Of a stretch of 64,000 nucleotides of DNA, positions 46,709 through 55,110 are shown in pieces; position 1 is the stretch's first letter, and every line of letters starts with the position of its first letter. The stretch is from positions 49,594 through 113,593 of the forward strand of contig DJZY01000076.1 of NCBI GenBank assembly GCA_002450655.1, read 5' to 3'. The notes below the pieces were generated by a model that was not told the origin of the DNA, searched no databases, and saw nothing but the letters and a program-made list of their open reading frames with translations. The DNA is from Gammaproteobacteria bacterium UBA6940 (GTDB lineage Bacteria > Pseudomonadota > Gammaproteobacteria > Pseudomonadales > UBA6940). The position numbers and the translations under genes were made by a program.

Positions 46709-47542
46709 ATGAATATCGATATAGAGTTTTGGTTATTATTACTAGTATTGATCACTGGTATTTGTTGGGTTATTGATCGTCAGAAATTTGAGCCTGTCCG
46801 AAAAAAAGATTTAGAAGCTGCGAAAGCGCAAAAGCCTAATTTATCTAAAGATGAAGAAGAGCAGCTCCTTAATTCAGGTGGCGCAATTCAAGTTTTAAGG
46901 TCATTATTCCCAGTATTTTTACTTGTAGTTGTTATTCGTAGCTTTCTCTTTGAACCTTTTACTATCCCTTCAAGCTCTATGGAGCCAACGTTATACCCAG
47001 GTGACTTTGTTTTTGTGAACAAGTTTCATTATGGTATTCGTTTACCTGGCGTTAAAACAAAAGTCATTGATATTAATGACCCTAAAAAGGGTGATGTGAT
47101 TGTTTTTAGGTATCCAATAGACCAAAAAACAAACTACATTAAGCGTGTTGTTGGTGTACCTGGTGATCATGTTCGTTATGATGGTAATAAAAATCTCTAC
47201 ATCAATGACAAGCTTGTAGACGTTCAAGAATGGAGCCTCAATGCTGCTACTCGCACAAAAGAGGGCATAGAGCAATTACCAACTGGTGAGAAGACGACTC
47301 ACGCACACCAGATTCGAGTTGATCTAAGTCGACCTGCAACAACTGCCGGATTCCAGGCGCCTTTAGATGTTGTTGTGCCTGAGAATCAATACCTTGTTTT
47401 CGGCGATAATCGTGACCATAGTTCCGATAGCCGTTACTGGGGATTTGTTGACGATAAACTTATTGTTGGTAAAGCTCAGGGCATCTGGATGCATCTTAAT
47501 GGCTGGGTGCCAAGTTTTTCCCGTAACGGTTGGATTCAGTAG
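46709..47542 (+). CDS. lepB: signal peptidase I (LepB)
   Basis: IPSSSMEPTL (catalytic Ser), YIKRVVGVPGD (Lys box), GDNRDHSSDSRYWGFV. Confidence 0.95.
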   Translation: MNIDIEFWLLLLVLITGICWVIDRQKFEPVRKKDLEAAKAQKPNLSKDEEEQLLNSGGAIQVLRSLFPVFLLVVVIRSFLFEPFTIPSSSMEPTLYPGDFVFVNKFHYGIRLPGVKTKVIDINDPKKGDVIVFRYPIDQKTNYIKRVVGVPGDHVRYDGNKNLYINDKLVDVQEWSLNAATRTKEGIEQLPTGEKTTHAHQIRVDLSRPATTAGFQAPLDVVVPENQYLVFGDNRDHSSDSRYWGFVDDKLIVGKAQGIWMHLNGWVPSFSRNGWIQ

Positions 47543-47583
47543 ACTATAATTCCTTTAATCAATTTGGATTGAAGGAGTTAGTA

Positions 47584-47979
47584 ATGCAGAAATGGATTTC
47601 GATTGGCTTACGCCGTAAAATGAAAGGGATGTCTAATTGGGAAGCTTTTTCATTCCTAATTTTAGTTGGTGGTTACTTTTTTATTGGTATGAATCTTTAC
47701 GAGCCTCTTTGGGATCGTTGGAAGATTTATGGTATTTTAGAGACCACCATGGCCGAGGAAGATACGCTTAAACAAGAAAAAAGTGTAATTGCAAGCCGTA
47801 TTCTTAAACGGATGAGTGTGAACAACATTTATGGTGTCACACAGAAAGATTTTAAAATTCAAAGAACAGATAAAACTATACGTCTTACTTTTAATAAATC
47901 TCTTCCTGCGTCTATGCCTTTTGATATCGACGTCAATGTTAAGGTCAACAAAGTCATTGAGGCTAAGAGAGTTTTTTAA
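47584..47979 (+). CDS. DUF4845-like small membrane-anchored protein
   Basis: AAGGAG lies 7 nt before ATG 47584, whereas the ORF track starts at 47530 inside lepB. It has an N-terminal TM segment, and the position between lepB and rnc is conserved. Confidence 0.65.
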   Translation: MQKWISIGLRRKMKGMSNWEAFSFLILVGGYFFIGMNLYEPLWDRWKIYGILETTMAEEDTLKQEKSVIASRILKRMSVNNIYGVTQKDFKIQRTDKTIRLTFNKSLPASMPFDIDVNVKVNKVIEAKRVF

Positions 47980-48071
47980 CTTTTTGAAAAGTAGGGGGTT
48001 TAGTTGCTGGGTGCTGAAGTTGTCTGTGAGAGCTTCCCTCAGCCTCTGTTAACACAGGGTATGACTCGCTA

Positions 48072-48761
48072 ATGACTAAAAGACAGCGCCAAGCACTTCA
48101 AGCTCTAGAACGTCGCTTAAATTATCAGTTCAAAAACTTTGACTTATTACAAGAGGCAATGAGCCACTCGTCACTTGAGGGCGCTAAAAACAACGAACGC
48201 TTAGAGTTTCTTGGTGATGGTGTTCTCAACCTTGTTGTTGCAGAATATCTTATTGCGCACTTTCCTCATGTTCAGGAAGGGAAGCTCAGTCGTATGCGTG
48301 CACAACTTGTTTGTAAAGAGGCTTTAGCAAAAGTAGCAGCTGCTTATAGTATAAGTGATGCACTGATTCTTGGTCCCAGTGAGGCTCGTGGTGGAAGCCA
48401 GCAAAGAAAGTCTATTATGGCTGATGCTGTGGAAGCTATTATTGGAGCTGTTTTCCAAGAATCAGGCTATGAAGTTGCTAAAGAAGCCATTTTACGCTGG
48501 TTTGGTTCTTTGTTAGCAGATCTCTCTTTAGATTTAGCTGCTAAGGACCCTAAAACTCGTTTACAAGAGTACTGTCAAAGACATAAATATGCTTTACCAT
48601 CTTATTGTTTAATAGAAGAGCAACAAAAAGATGGGGACACCTACTTCTCTGTGAAGGCGGAAGTAGAGGAGTTAAACCTAGAATCCTTTGGTGACGGAAG
48701 TAGCCGTAAAAAAGCTGAACAAAAAGCAGCTCAATCATTACTCGACCAAATTTGTGATTAA
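48072..48761 (+). CDS. rnc: ribonuclease III
   Basis: Signature NERLEFLGDGVL, DAVEAIIGA, and a C-terminal dsRBD (DPKTRLQEYCQ...KKAEQKAAQ). Confidence 0.95.
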   Translation: MTKRQRQALQALERRLNYQFKNFDLLQEAMSHSSLEGAKNNERLEFLGDGVLNLVVAEYLIAHFPHVQEGKLSRMRAQLVCKEALAKVAAAYSISDALILGPSEARGGSQQRKSIMADAVEAIIGAVFQESGYEVAKEAILRWFGSLLADLSLDLAAKDPKTRLQEYCQRHKYALPSYCLIEEQQKDGDTYFSVKAEVEELNLESFGDGSSRKKAEQKAAQSLLDQICD

Positions 48762-48998
48762 AACTCATCCTTTTAAGGGTATTTATGGTACCCTTTGCCC
48801 AACTTAATTCTTATTTCGAAACCCAACATACAAGAATGTCAGTCTAAGACTTTGTTTATACACAGTTATTTCTGTGAAACTGTTGATCCAGGTTGTAAAA
48901 GTCCAACTGACTTAATAAGGTACGATAGTGCTCACTTTCATCTTTTTTATGCATGGAAATGAGGCTTAATCAACATTTATAAAGGTAAATAAAAGACT

Positions 48999-50057
48999 AT
49001 GACAGAAATCAACCGTGATGAAGACCAGCAAGCCCCAGCAGATTTAACAGAAGATTTGCAAGCAGCTTTTACGAAGGGGAGAGCTCTTGATCTGGCAAGC
49101 TTTGGTATCACAGATGAAGGTCTTGTAGAGTCCCAAGAACCAGTTATTGAATTTGATGACAATGCCTACTTTGGTCATGTGACTATCATTGGTCGCCCAA
49201 ATGTTGGTAAGTCAACGCTTTTGAATCATATCCTTGGTGAAAAAATTAGTATTACATCACGTAAGCCTCAGACAACACGTCACCAAGTGCTTGGTATATT
49301 TAGTGAAAATGAAGGTCAGATGGTATTTGTTGATACACCTGGTATCCATAAAAAAGCAAATAAAGCACTTAATAAATACATGAACCGTGCTGCAACTCAA
49401 GGCATGAAAGATGTTGATGTGCTTGTTTGGATGGTATCTGCAGGTCAGTTAACAGAAGAAGATGAGTATATTGGTGAGCTTGTTGCAAAAGTTAAAGCTG
49501 AAAGTGATACGCCTCTTATTATTCTGGTAAACAAGATTGATAAAAATGGCAGTCATGAAGTGTTGTTACCATATCTGTCAAACTTGCAGGCTAAGTACAA
49601 CCCTGACCATTTGATCCCTGTGTCTGCACTGCAAAGCCGTAATCTTGATACGCTTCTTAATGTTTTGAGATCAATGCTGCCGAAGGGTAAACCATTCTTT
49701 GATAAAGAACAGCTTACAGATAGAACGCTTCGTTTCTTAGCAGCAGAGCGAATTCGTGAAAAGTTAACTCGTCAGCTTGGCGACGAACTTCCTCATGAAT
49801 TAACTGTTGAGATTGAAGCTTTTAAAGAAGATGACGATCTTGCTCATATCCATGGTCTAATCCTTGTGGAAAGATCGAGCCAAAAGTCTATAGTCATTGG
49901 TAAGCGCGGCGCTCGACTAAAGCGTGTTGGCTCTGATGCTCGAGTTGAGCTAGAGCGCCTTCTTGGCAAAAAAGTGATGCTTGAGCTGTGGGTTCGAGTG
50001 AAGTCTGGCTGGTCTGATGACGAGCGAGCACTGCAATCTTTAGGTTATGTTGATTAA
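48999..50057 (+). CDS. era: GTPase Era with about 50-aa acidic N-terminal extension
   Basis: GRPNVGKSTLLN, DTPG, NKID and a KH domain (VIGKRGARLKRVG). No alternative in-frame start lies closer to the G1 motif. Confidence 0.95.
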   Translation: MTEINRDEDQQAPADLTEDLQAAFTKGRALDLASFGITDEGLVESQEPVIEFDDNAYFGHVTIIGRPNVGKSTLLNHILGEKISITSRKPQTTRHQVLGIFSENEGQMVFVDTPGIHKKANKALNKYMNRAATQGMKDVDVLVWMVSAGQLTEEDEYIGELVAKVKAESDTPLIILVNKIDKNGSHEVLLPYLSNLQAKYNPDHLIPVSALQSRNLDTLLNVLRSMLPKGKPFFDKEQLTDRTLRFLAAERIREKLTRQLGDELPHELTVEIEAFKEDDDLAHIHGLILVERSSQKSIVIGKRGARLKRVGSDARVELERLLGKKVMLELWVRVKSGWSDDERALQSLGYVD

Positions 50058-50059
50058 AT

Positions 50060-50809
50060 TTGAATGATATAGACGATTTTGCACAAGCCTATGTGTTACA
50101 TAGGCGACCTTTTAGAGAAACAAGTGCGCTTGTAGCTCTGTGGGTTGAAAATCTAGGGCTTGTGCGAGCCGTCATTAAAGGCGTTGCTGGCCAAAGCAAG
50201 TCTGCTATTTTAAGAAATGCATGGCTACAGCCGTTCCAGCTTATACGGGTTCAGATTCGAGGGACTCGTGATCTAAAGACCATCTATAAATTTGAACCTG
50301 TGCCAACAGGTGTTGTCATCAAAGGCGAACCACTATTTGCCTGCACCTATATTAACGAGCTTCTTCTATTTACATTAAACAAGCACGAGCCAGAACTTCA
50401 TTTTTTTTCTTATTATCAAGAATTTCTTAAACGAATAACTGATATTTTCCGACCGGATACTGAAATTGAACCAGCGCTTCGCCAAAAGCAAATGATCATT
50501 GAGTTACGATGCTTCGAACAATATTTACTAGAAGCTATTGGTTACTCTTTTGATTGGGGGAGTGCTAGAGATGAAAATATTGAAGTTAATATGGCCTATG
50601 GTTTCGAGCCAGGTGAGGGTTTTTTTCCTCAAGCTAGCGGTCTTTACCAAGGTGCTTTACTCATAGCCATAGCCCAAGGGCAGTGGCAAACGAAGGGGGC
50701 TCTCGGGGCTGCTAGGGCTGCCTTGAGGCAACAACTTGAGTGGGTGCTGGGACGATCATTACATGCTCCATCCTCTCAGGGTAAGTTGATGAGGCCAGAA
50801 AATGGTTGA
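50060..50809 (+). CDS. recO: DNA repair protein RecO
   Basis: AYVLHRRPFRETSALVALW... OB-fold N-terminus, and position after era. TTG start. The 3' end overlaps the convergent protease ORF. Confidence 0.85.
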   Translation: MNDIDDFAQAYVLHRRPFRETSALVALWVENLGLVRAVIKGVAGQSKSAILRNAWLQPFQLIRVQIRGTRDLKTIYKFEPVPTGVVIKGEPLFACTYINELLLFTLNKHEPELHFFSYYQEFLKRITDIFRPDTEIEPALRQKQMIIELRCFEQYLLEAIGYSFDWGSARDENIEVNMAYGFEPGEGFFPQASGLYQGALLIAIAQGQWQTKGALGAARAALRQQLEWVLGRSLHAPSSQGKLMRPENG

Positions 50810-52007
50810 GCTCCATAATGCTTGCATTCAGAAGCTGTTGTTGATCTGAGTTGTCATGTCTTTGAGTTAATCTATATAACGGCTTTTTACTTCTAAAGTC
50901 GAAGAGGGTTACCGTAAATAAGTTAACAAGACTTTGGTCTGATTCTGGGTGGGCGGTATAGTCAATAGCAATCACGAGTGCATCTTCTTGGTTTTGTGGT
51001 GGTCCACTGATAAGTAAGCTTGCTTGAGCAGCCTGGTTAAATTTTCTATGAGTAGCAACTGAGTGAGTTTGCTTTTGAGGCTCTAGGATTCTTTTAACTT
51101 CTAATGGTGATATTAAGTCGAGCTGAGATGCAAAGAGCAAAAATTCAGCTATTGAGTCGCGGTTAACTGCAAAATTCACGTTTTGAGGAATTGCTCCACC
51201 TGTATAATCAGAGGCTTGTTGAACATCCAGGGTAGATTGGGCGATTCCTAGAAGCTCACCATATTGGTTGAGAATAGGGCCGCCTGAATTGCCCGGTTGA
51301 ATTGGGGCTGAGATTTGGAATTGAGTAGGTTCATCTGCAAATCCAACAGAGGCACTTACAATACCTTGAGTAAGACGAGGTGAAGTACCTAATAAAGCGC
51401 TTAAAGGATAGCCAAGAGCAAAAACATCTTCTCCAAGCTCGTAAGATGTATTAGTTGAAAAGGGGATACTCGGCCAAGGGCCTATCTTCTCTGTTTTGAG
51501 TAGAGCAAGGTCCATAAATGGGTCTCTTAAAACGACATTGAATGGCACTTTCTCACCATTGTATTGGACATCAAGTTTTTCTCGATGGCCAATTACATGA
51601 TCGCAGGTAAGAAGGTAGCCGCTCGAAGTGATAAAAAAACCAGTACCTTGAGGTGCAAAGAAAGTATTGCTTTCAAATTGTTCAGTAAGAATGCCTTGCT
51701 GATTAAGTGCATCAGCCATTTGTTGTGACACGTTTAAAGTGTCTGCATAGTTGGTCACTATGTAGGCTTTTTTATATTGCTGTTCAAGATTATTTACATT
51801 CTGGTTTTTAAAAACTCTGAAGCTAGACGAGCTTGAATTATGGTCGCTCACACTTGAATTCAGATGTGCGCACCCGCTGAAAAATAAGCACGTCGAGATG
51901 GCAAAAATCTGTAATCTTTTGATTTTTGAACTAAAAGTAATCTCGCGAGTCAATTTATAGTCATTATTTTGGATACTGCTTGTCAATTGACAAATTCCTT
52001 GTGCCAC
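50712..52007 (-). CDS. trypsin-like serine peptidase, probable lipoprotein (Trypsin_2/S1-type, no PDZ)
   Basis: Lipobox LFFSGC. Catalytic triad contexts LLTCDHVI, DLALLK and GNSGGPILN. Confidence 0.8.
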   Translation of the reverse strand: MAQGICQLTSSIQNNDYKLTREITFSSKIKRLQIFAISTCLFFSGCAHLNSSVSDHNSSSSSFRVFKNQNVNNLEQQYKKAYIVTNYADTLNVSQQMADALNQQGILTEQFESNTFFAPQGTGFFITSSGYLLTCDHVIGHREKLDVQYNGEKVPFNVVLRDPFMDLALLKTEKIGPWPSIPFSTNTSYELGEDVFALGYPLSALLGTSPRLTQGIVSASVGFADEPTQFQISAPIQPGNSGGPILNQYGELLGIAQSTLDVQQASDYTGGAIPQNVNFAVNRDSIAEFLLFASQLDLISPLEVKRILEPQKQTHSVATHRKFNQAAQASLLISGPPQNQEDALVIAIDYTAHPESDQSLVNLFTVTLFDFRSKKPLYRLTQRHDNSDQQQLLNASIMELNHFLASSTYPERMEHVMIVPAPTQVVASRQP

Positions 52008-52131
52008 AACCCGTATTATATCAATAGGATGAAACCATCACTGCATCTAACTTTTAGCGTTTAAAGCGACTTTACGTAAACATGGTTTTCTGATATCAAG
52101 GGCATAATAAAAAGACATACTTAAATTAAAG

Positions 52132-53949
52132 ATGGCATTAAGATACTATTCGGTCAAAGGAAAGATACACAGAGACTGGTTTATGTTGCTATTGGAGGCT
52201 GAATTGAACAAAAAAGTTAACCAGCTTGTGGGCCTGTTTGTCCGGTTTGGGCTTTTGGTAACACTGCTTGGCTTATGCAAGAGTATGTATGCAGAGACGA
52301 GCTTTGAACACTCTCTTATTAATATTCCACCCTTTGGCGCTGATGGTTCTCAAGCTCGTATTGCTCAAGGGCAAGACTTAAGTAACCCTGCAGATGCTCC
52401 ATGGATGGCAAGTTTGCATAATGTTTACAACGAAGCATTCTGTGGTGCTGTCCTTATTGATTCACAACATTTACTTACAGCCTCTCATTGTGTTGCTCAT
52501 TTGCTTCCAAATGAATTTTCAATTGTCTTTGGTCAATACCTTTATTCGAGTGAAAGACATCAAGTCGAACGAACCTGGGTTCCTGTAGGGTTTCGTTGGT
52601 CTCACCTAAGTGAAGATATTGCTGTTATTACGCTTAAAGAGCCTGTAAATATTGAACCGCTTGCAATTGCTGATGCGTCTAGTATTGATCATTTAAATAC
52701 TGGTGACCCACTGCAGATTTTAGGTTTTGGGCAAATGGCAGATTCTGGCAATTTAAGCCCAACCTTAAAACAGGGCACTGTCCCATTCGTAAAGACTGAT
52801 ACATGTTCTTATTATTGGCAGGAGGAATACCCTTCTTTAGCTGCCATGATTGGTGTTGAAAGTCTTTGCGCCAGTGGCTTTGGGTTTGAAACAGATACAT
52901 GTTTAGGTGACTCAGGTGGCCCTTTGTTGCTTTACGATCAAACTTGGAAGCTTTTGGGCTTAACCAGCTTTGGTGAGGCAACCTGTGGTGGCGCTGATAA
53001 GCCATCTGTCTATGTGAGACCAACGGCTTTCGCAGGCCCTATTGAAAAAGCCGTTCACGGTGAAGCTTATTCAGCAAACTGGACCCAAACTCTTGTTGGG
53101 GATGATCCAGCCTTAAGTCAGCAAACTCTTATTCTTGAAAATACGTCAGATGATGTGTGGCAGCTTGGTGAGCTCGCATTTGATTCCACAAGCATTTTTC
53201 AGTTTGTCGGTGGGAGCTGCTTTAATTCAATCTTACAACCTGGCTCAACCTGTACTGTTGATTTACAGTTTTCTCCAAAATCTGGAGGTTTTGTTGCTCA
53301 ACGATTTTTGCTCCCACGCCAAGGTCAGTCGCCAATTTGGATAGATCTCCAAGGCTTTGGTTATGAGTTTATTGATGAGGCAGTTTTTGGTGCAGCAGCA
53401 CTTTTCGGCTTTGCTGGCGGTGAGTTTATGCCAAGTGTTTCAGAAAGTAGTGGGTATTTAAATTCTGCACATATCAGCTGGCAAGGTATGCAGCCTCTTG
53501 AAACGAGTGAGTTGTATATCGGAGGTGATAAGGCTCAAGACGTTACTTTATTGCTTGATTATACTCCTGTTGAAGCGAATCAAATGCCATTGATTTATAT
53601 TGAGACGCTGAATCAATACGGTCAAAAAGAGAAGTTTGAAATTGATAATCTTCAAGGGTGGCAACATAAGACTATTTCTCTAGCAAGTGGTGACTACATC
53701 CATGTAAATGTCCAAGCACGAGGTCATGGAGTAGAGGGCAAGATTAAGCTCGATATTGCTGTAGATGAACCTGCGACTACAGATATTCAAAGTGATAGCC
53801 TTGATAATTCGAGTGAAAATAATGTACAAGTGGACTCTCAGCCTAAAGAAGTTCAGCTCGAAGCTGGCGGTGGCCTAGGTCATATAAGTCTTTTATCGCT
53901 GCTTGGTTTAAGTGTGTTGAGACGAGTAACAGCTCGATTTCATACTTAA
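52132..53949 (+). CDS. secreted S1A (chymotrypsin-fold) protease with C-terminal GlyGly-CTERM sorting tag, VesB-like
   Basis: LLTASHCV, DIAVITL and CLGDSGGPLL. A beta-rich extension follows, and the tail is GGGLGHISLLSLLGLSVLRR (53866-53946). The true start is possibly Met at 52183. Confidence 0.8.
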   Translation: MALRYYSVKGKIHRDWFMLLLEAELNKKVNQLVGLFVRFGLLVTLLGLCKSMYAETSFEHSLINIPPFGADGSQARIAQGQDLSNPADAPWMASLHNVYNEAFCGAVLIDSQHLLTASHCVAHLLPNEFSIVFGQYLYSSERHQVERTWVPVGFRWSHLSEDIAVITLKEPVNIEPLAIADASSIDHLNTGDPLQILGFGQMADSGNLSPTLKQGTVPFVKTDTCSYYWQEEYPSLAAMIGVESLCASGFGFETDTCLGDSGGPLLLYDQTWKLLGLTSFGEATCGGADKPSVYVRPTAFAGPIEKAVHGEAYSANWTQTLVGDDPALSQQTLILENTSDDVWQLGELAFDSTSIFQFVGGSCFNSILQPGSTCTVDLQFSPKSGGFVAQRFLLPRQGQSPIWIDLQGFGYEFIDEAVFGAAALFGFAGGEFMPSVSESSGYLNSAHISWQGMQPLETSELYIGGDKAQDVTLLLDYTPVEANQMPLIYIETLNQYGQKEKFEIDNLQGWQHKTISLASGDYIHVNVQARGHGVEGKIKLDIAVDEPATTDIQSDSLDNSSENNVQVDSQPKEVQLEAGGGLGHISLLSLLGLSVLRRVTARFHT

Positions 53950-54006
53950 TGAAAGCTTTTCAAAAGAAATAAACTTTATGGCTACTCAATAACTTTAAAG
54001 AAAAGG

Positions 54007-54960
54007 GTGCACATTATGAGTAATGGTATGAGTCAAGTTAGCATAAACGACTTTCAAACAATTGAATCAATTGTTGGTCGAACGCCTTTAGTTCGATTAC
54101 AGCGTTTAGTTAAGCATTCTGAGCACATTATTCTATGTAAGTTAGAAGGGCAGAACCCTGCTGGATCTGTAAAAGATCGACCAGCTTTATCGATGATTAG
54201 TCATGCAGAAGCTCGTGGTGATATTAAGCCTGGAGATCATTTGATTGAAGCAACGAGTGGTAATACGGGGATTGCCTTAGCAATGGCAGCTGCAATTAAA
54301 GGTTATAAAATGACTTTAATCATGCCTAATAATGCATCGCAAGAACGCAAAGATGCAATGACTGCCTATGGTGCAACTCTTATCGAAGTGACATCTGCCC
54401 AGGGTATGGAAGGTGCTCGTGATTTAGCTTTATCGATGGCAGAAAAAGGCGAAGGTATCGTTTTAAATCAATTTGGTAATACAGACAATCCACTGGCTCA
54501 TTATAAAACAACTGGCCCTGAAATCTGGCGAGATACAAAAGGTGCAGTCACTCATTTCGTAAGTTCAATGGGCACTACGGGCACTATCATGGGTGTAAGT
54601 CGCTACCTTAAAGAACAAAATACTGATGTGCAAATTATTGGGTTGGAGCCATCTGAGGGTGCATCTATTCCTGGTATTCGAAAGTGGCCAGCAGAATATT
54701 TACCAAGTATATTTGATGCTGCACGAGTAGATCAAAAAATTCAAATGGATCAAAAAACAGCTGAAGAAACCATGCGAGCAATGGCTTCTCAAGAGGGCAT
54801 ATTTGCTGGTGTTTCTTCCGGTGGTGCTGTTGCAGGTGCGTTACGTTTATCCGATCAATTAGCGGCAGACAAACCTGGTGAGCCAGCTGTTATTGTGTGC
54901 ATCGTTTGTGATCGTGGTGACAGATACTTATCAACTGGCGTTTACTCCCCTCAAGGTTAA
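54007..54960 (+). CDS. cysM: cysteine synthase B (CysM)
   Basis: Near-collinear with the E. coli CysM motifs: NPAGSVKDRPALSMI, EATSGNTGIALAM, SSMGTTGTI, GIRKWP, CDRGDRYLSTGV. Confidence 0.9.
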   Translation: MHIMSNGMSQVSINDFQTIESIVGRTPLVRLQRLVKHSEHIILCKLEGQNPAGSVKDRPALSMISHAEARGDIKPGDHLIEATSGNTGIALAMAAAIKGYKMTLIMPNNASQERKDAMTAYGATLIEVTSAQGMEGARDLALSMAEKGEGIVLNQFGNTDNPLAHYKTTGPEIWRDTKGAVTHFVSSMGTTGTIMGVSRYLKEQNTDVQIIGLEPSEGASIPGIRKWPAEYLPSIFDAARVDQKIQMDQKTAEETMRAMASQEGIFAGVSSGGAVAGALRLSDQLAADKPGEPAVIVCIVCDRGDRYLSTGVYSPQG

Positions 54961-55026
54961 TCCAGAAAAGTATTTTTTCTTAATTCTGATATACCTTATT
55001 TATATTTACATGACCATATCTTCAGC

Positions 55027-55065
55027 AGATTTGTAAGCCATACAAGAATTTAGCTTACAAATCTG
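55027..55065. repeat. 13-bp perfect inverted repeat with 13-nt spacer upstream of the PP2C gene
   Basis: CAGATTTGTAAGC ... GCTTACAAATCTG. No T-tract. It ends 46 nt upstream of ATG 55111. Confidence 0.7.
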
Positions 55066-55110
55066 TCATATCTAAGCATTAAATAATTTATATGGAATTA
55101 AGGTTAGTGT

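Noticed and set aside
47530-47583. ORF-track start of the DUF4845-like gene inside the lepB 3' end
   Set aside because: ATG 47584 has a canonical AAGGAG 7 nt upstream, and the preceding 18 codons overlap lepB with no family-like sequence.
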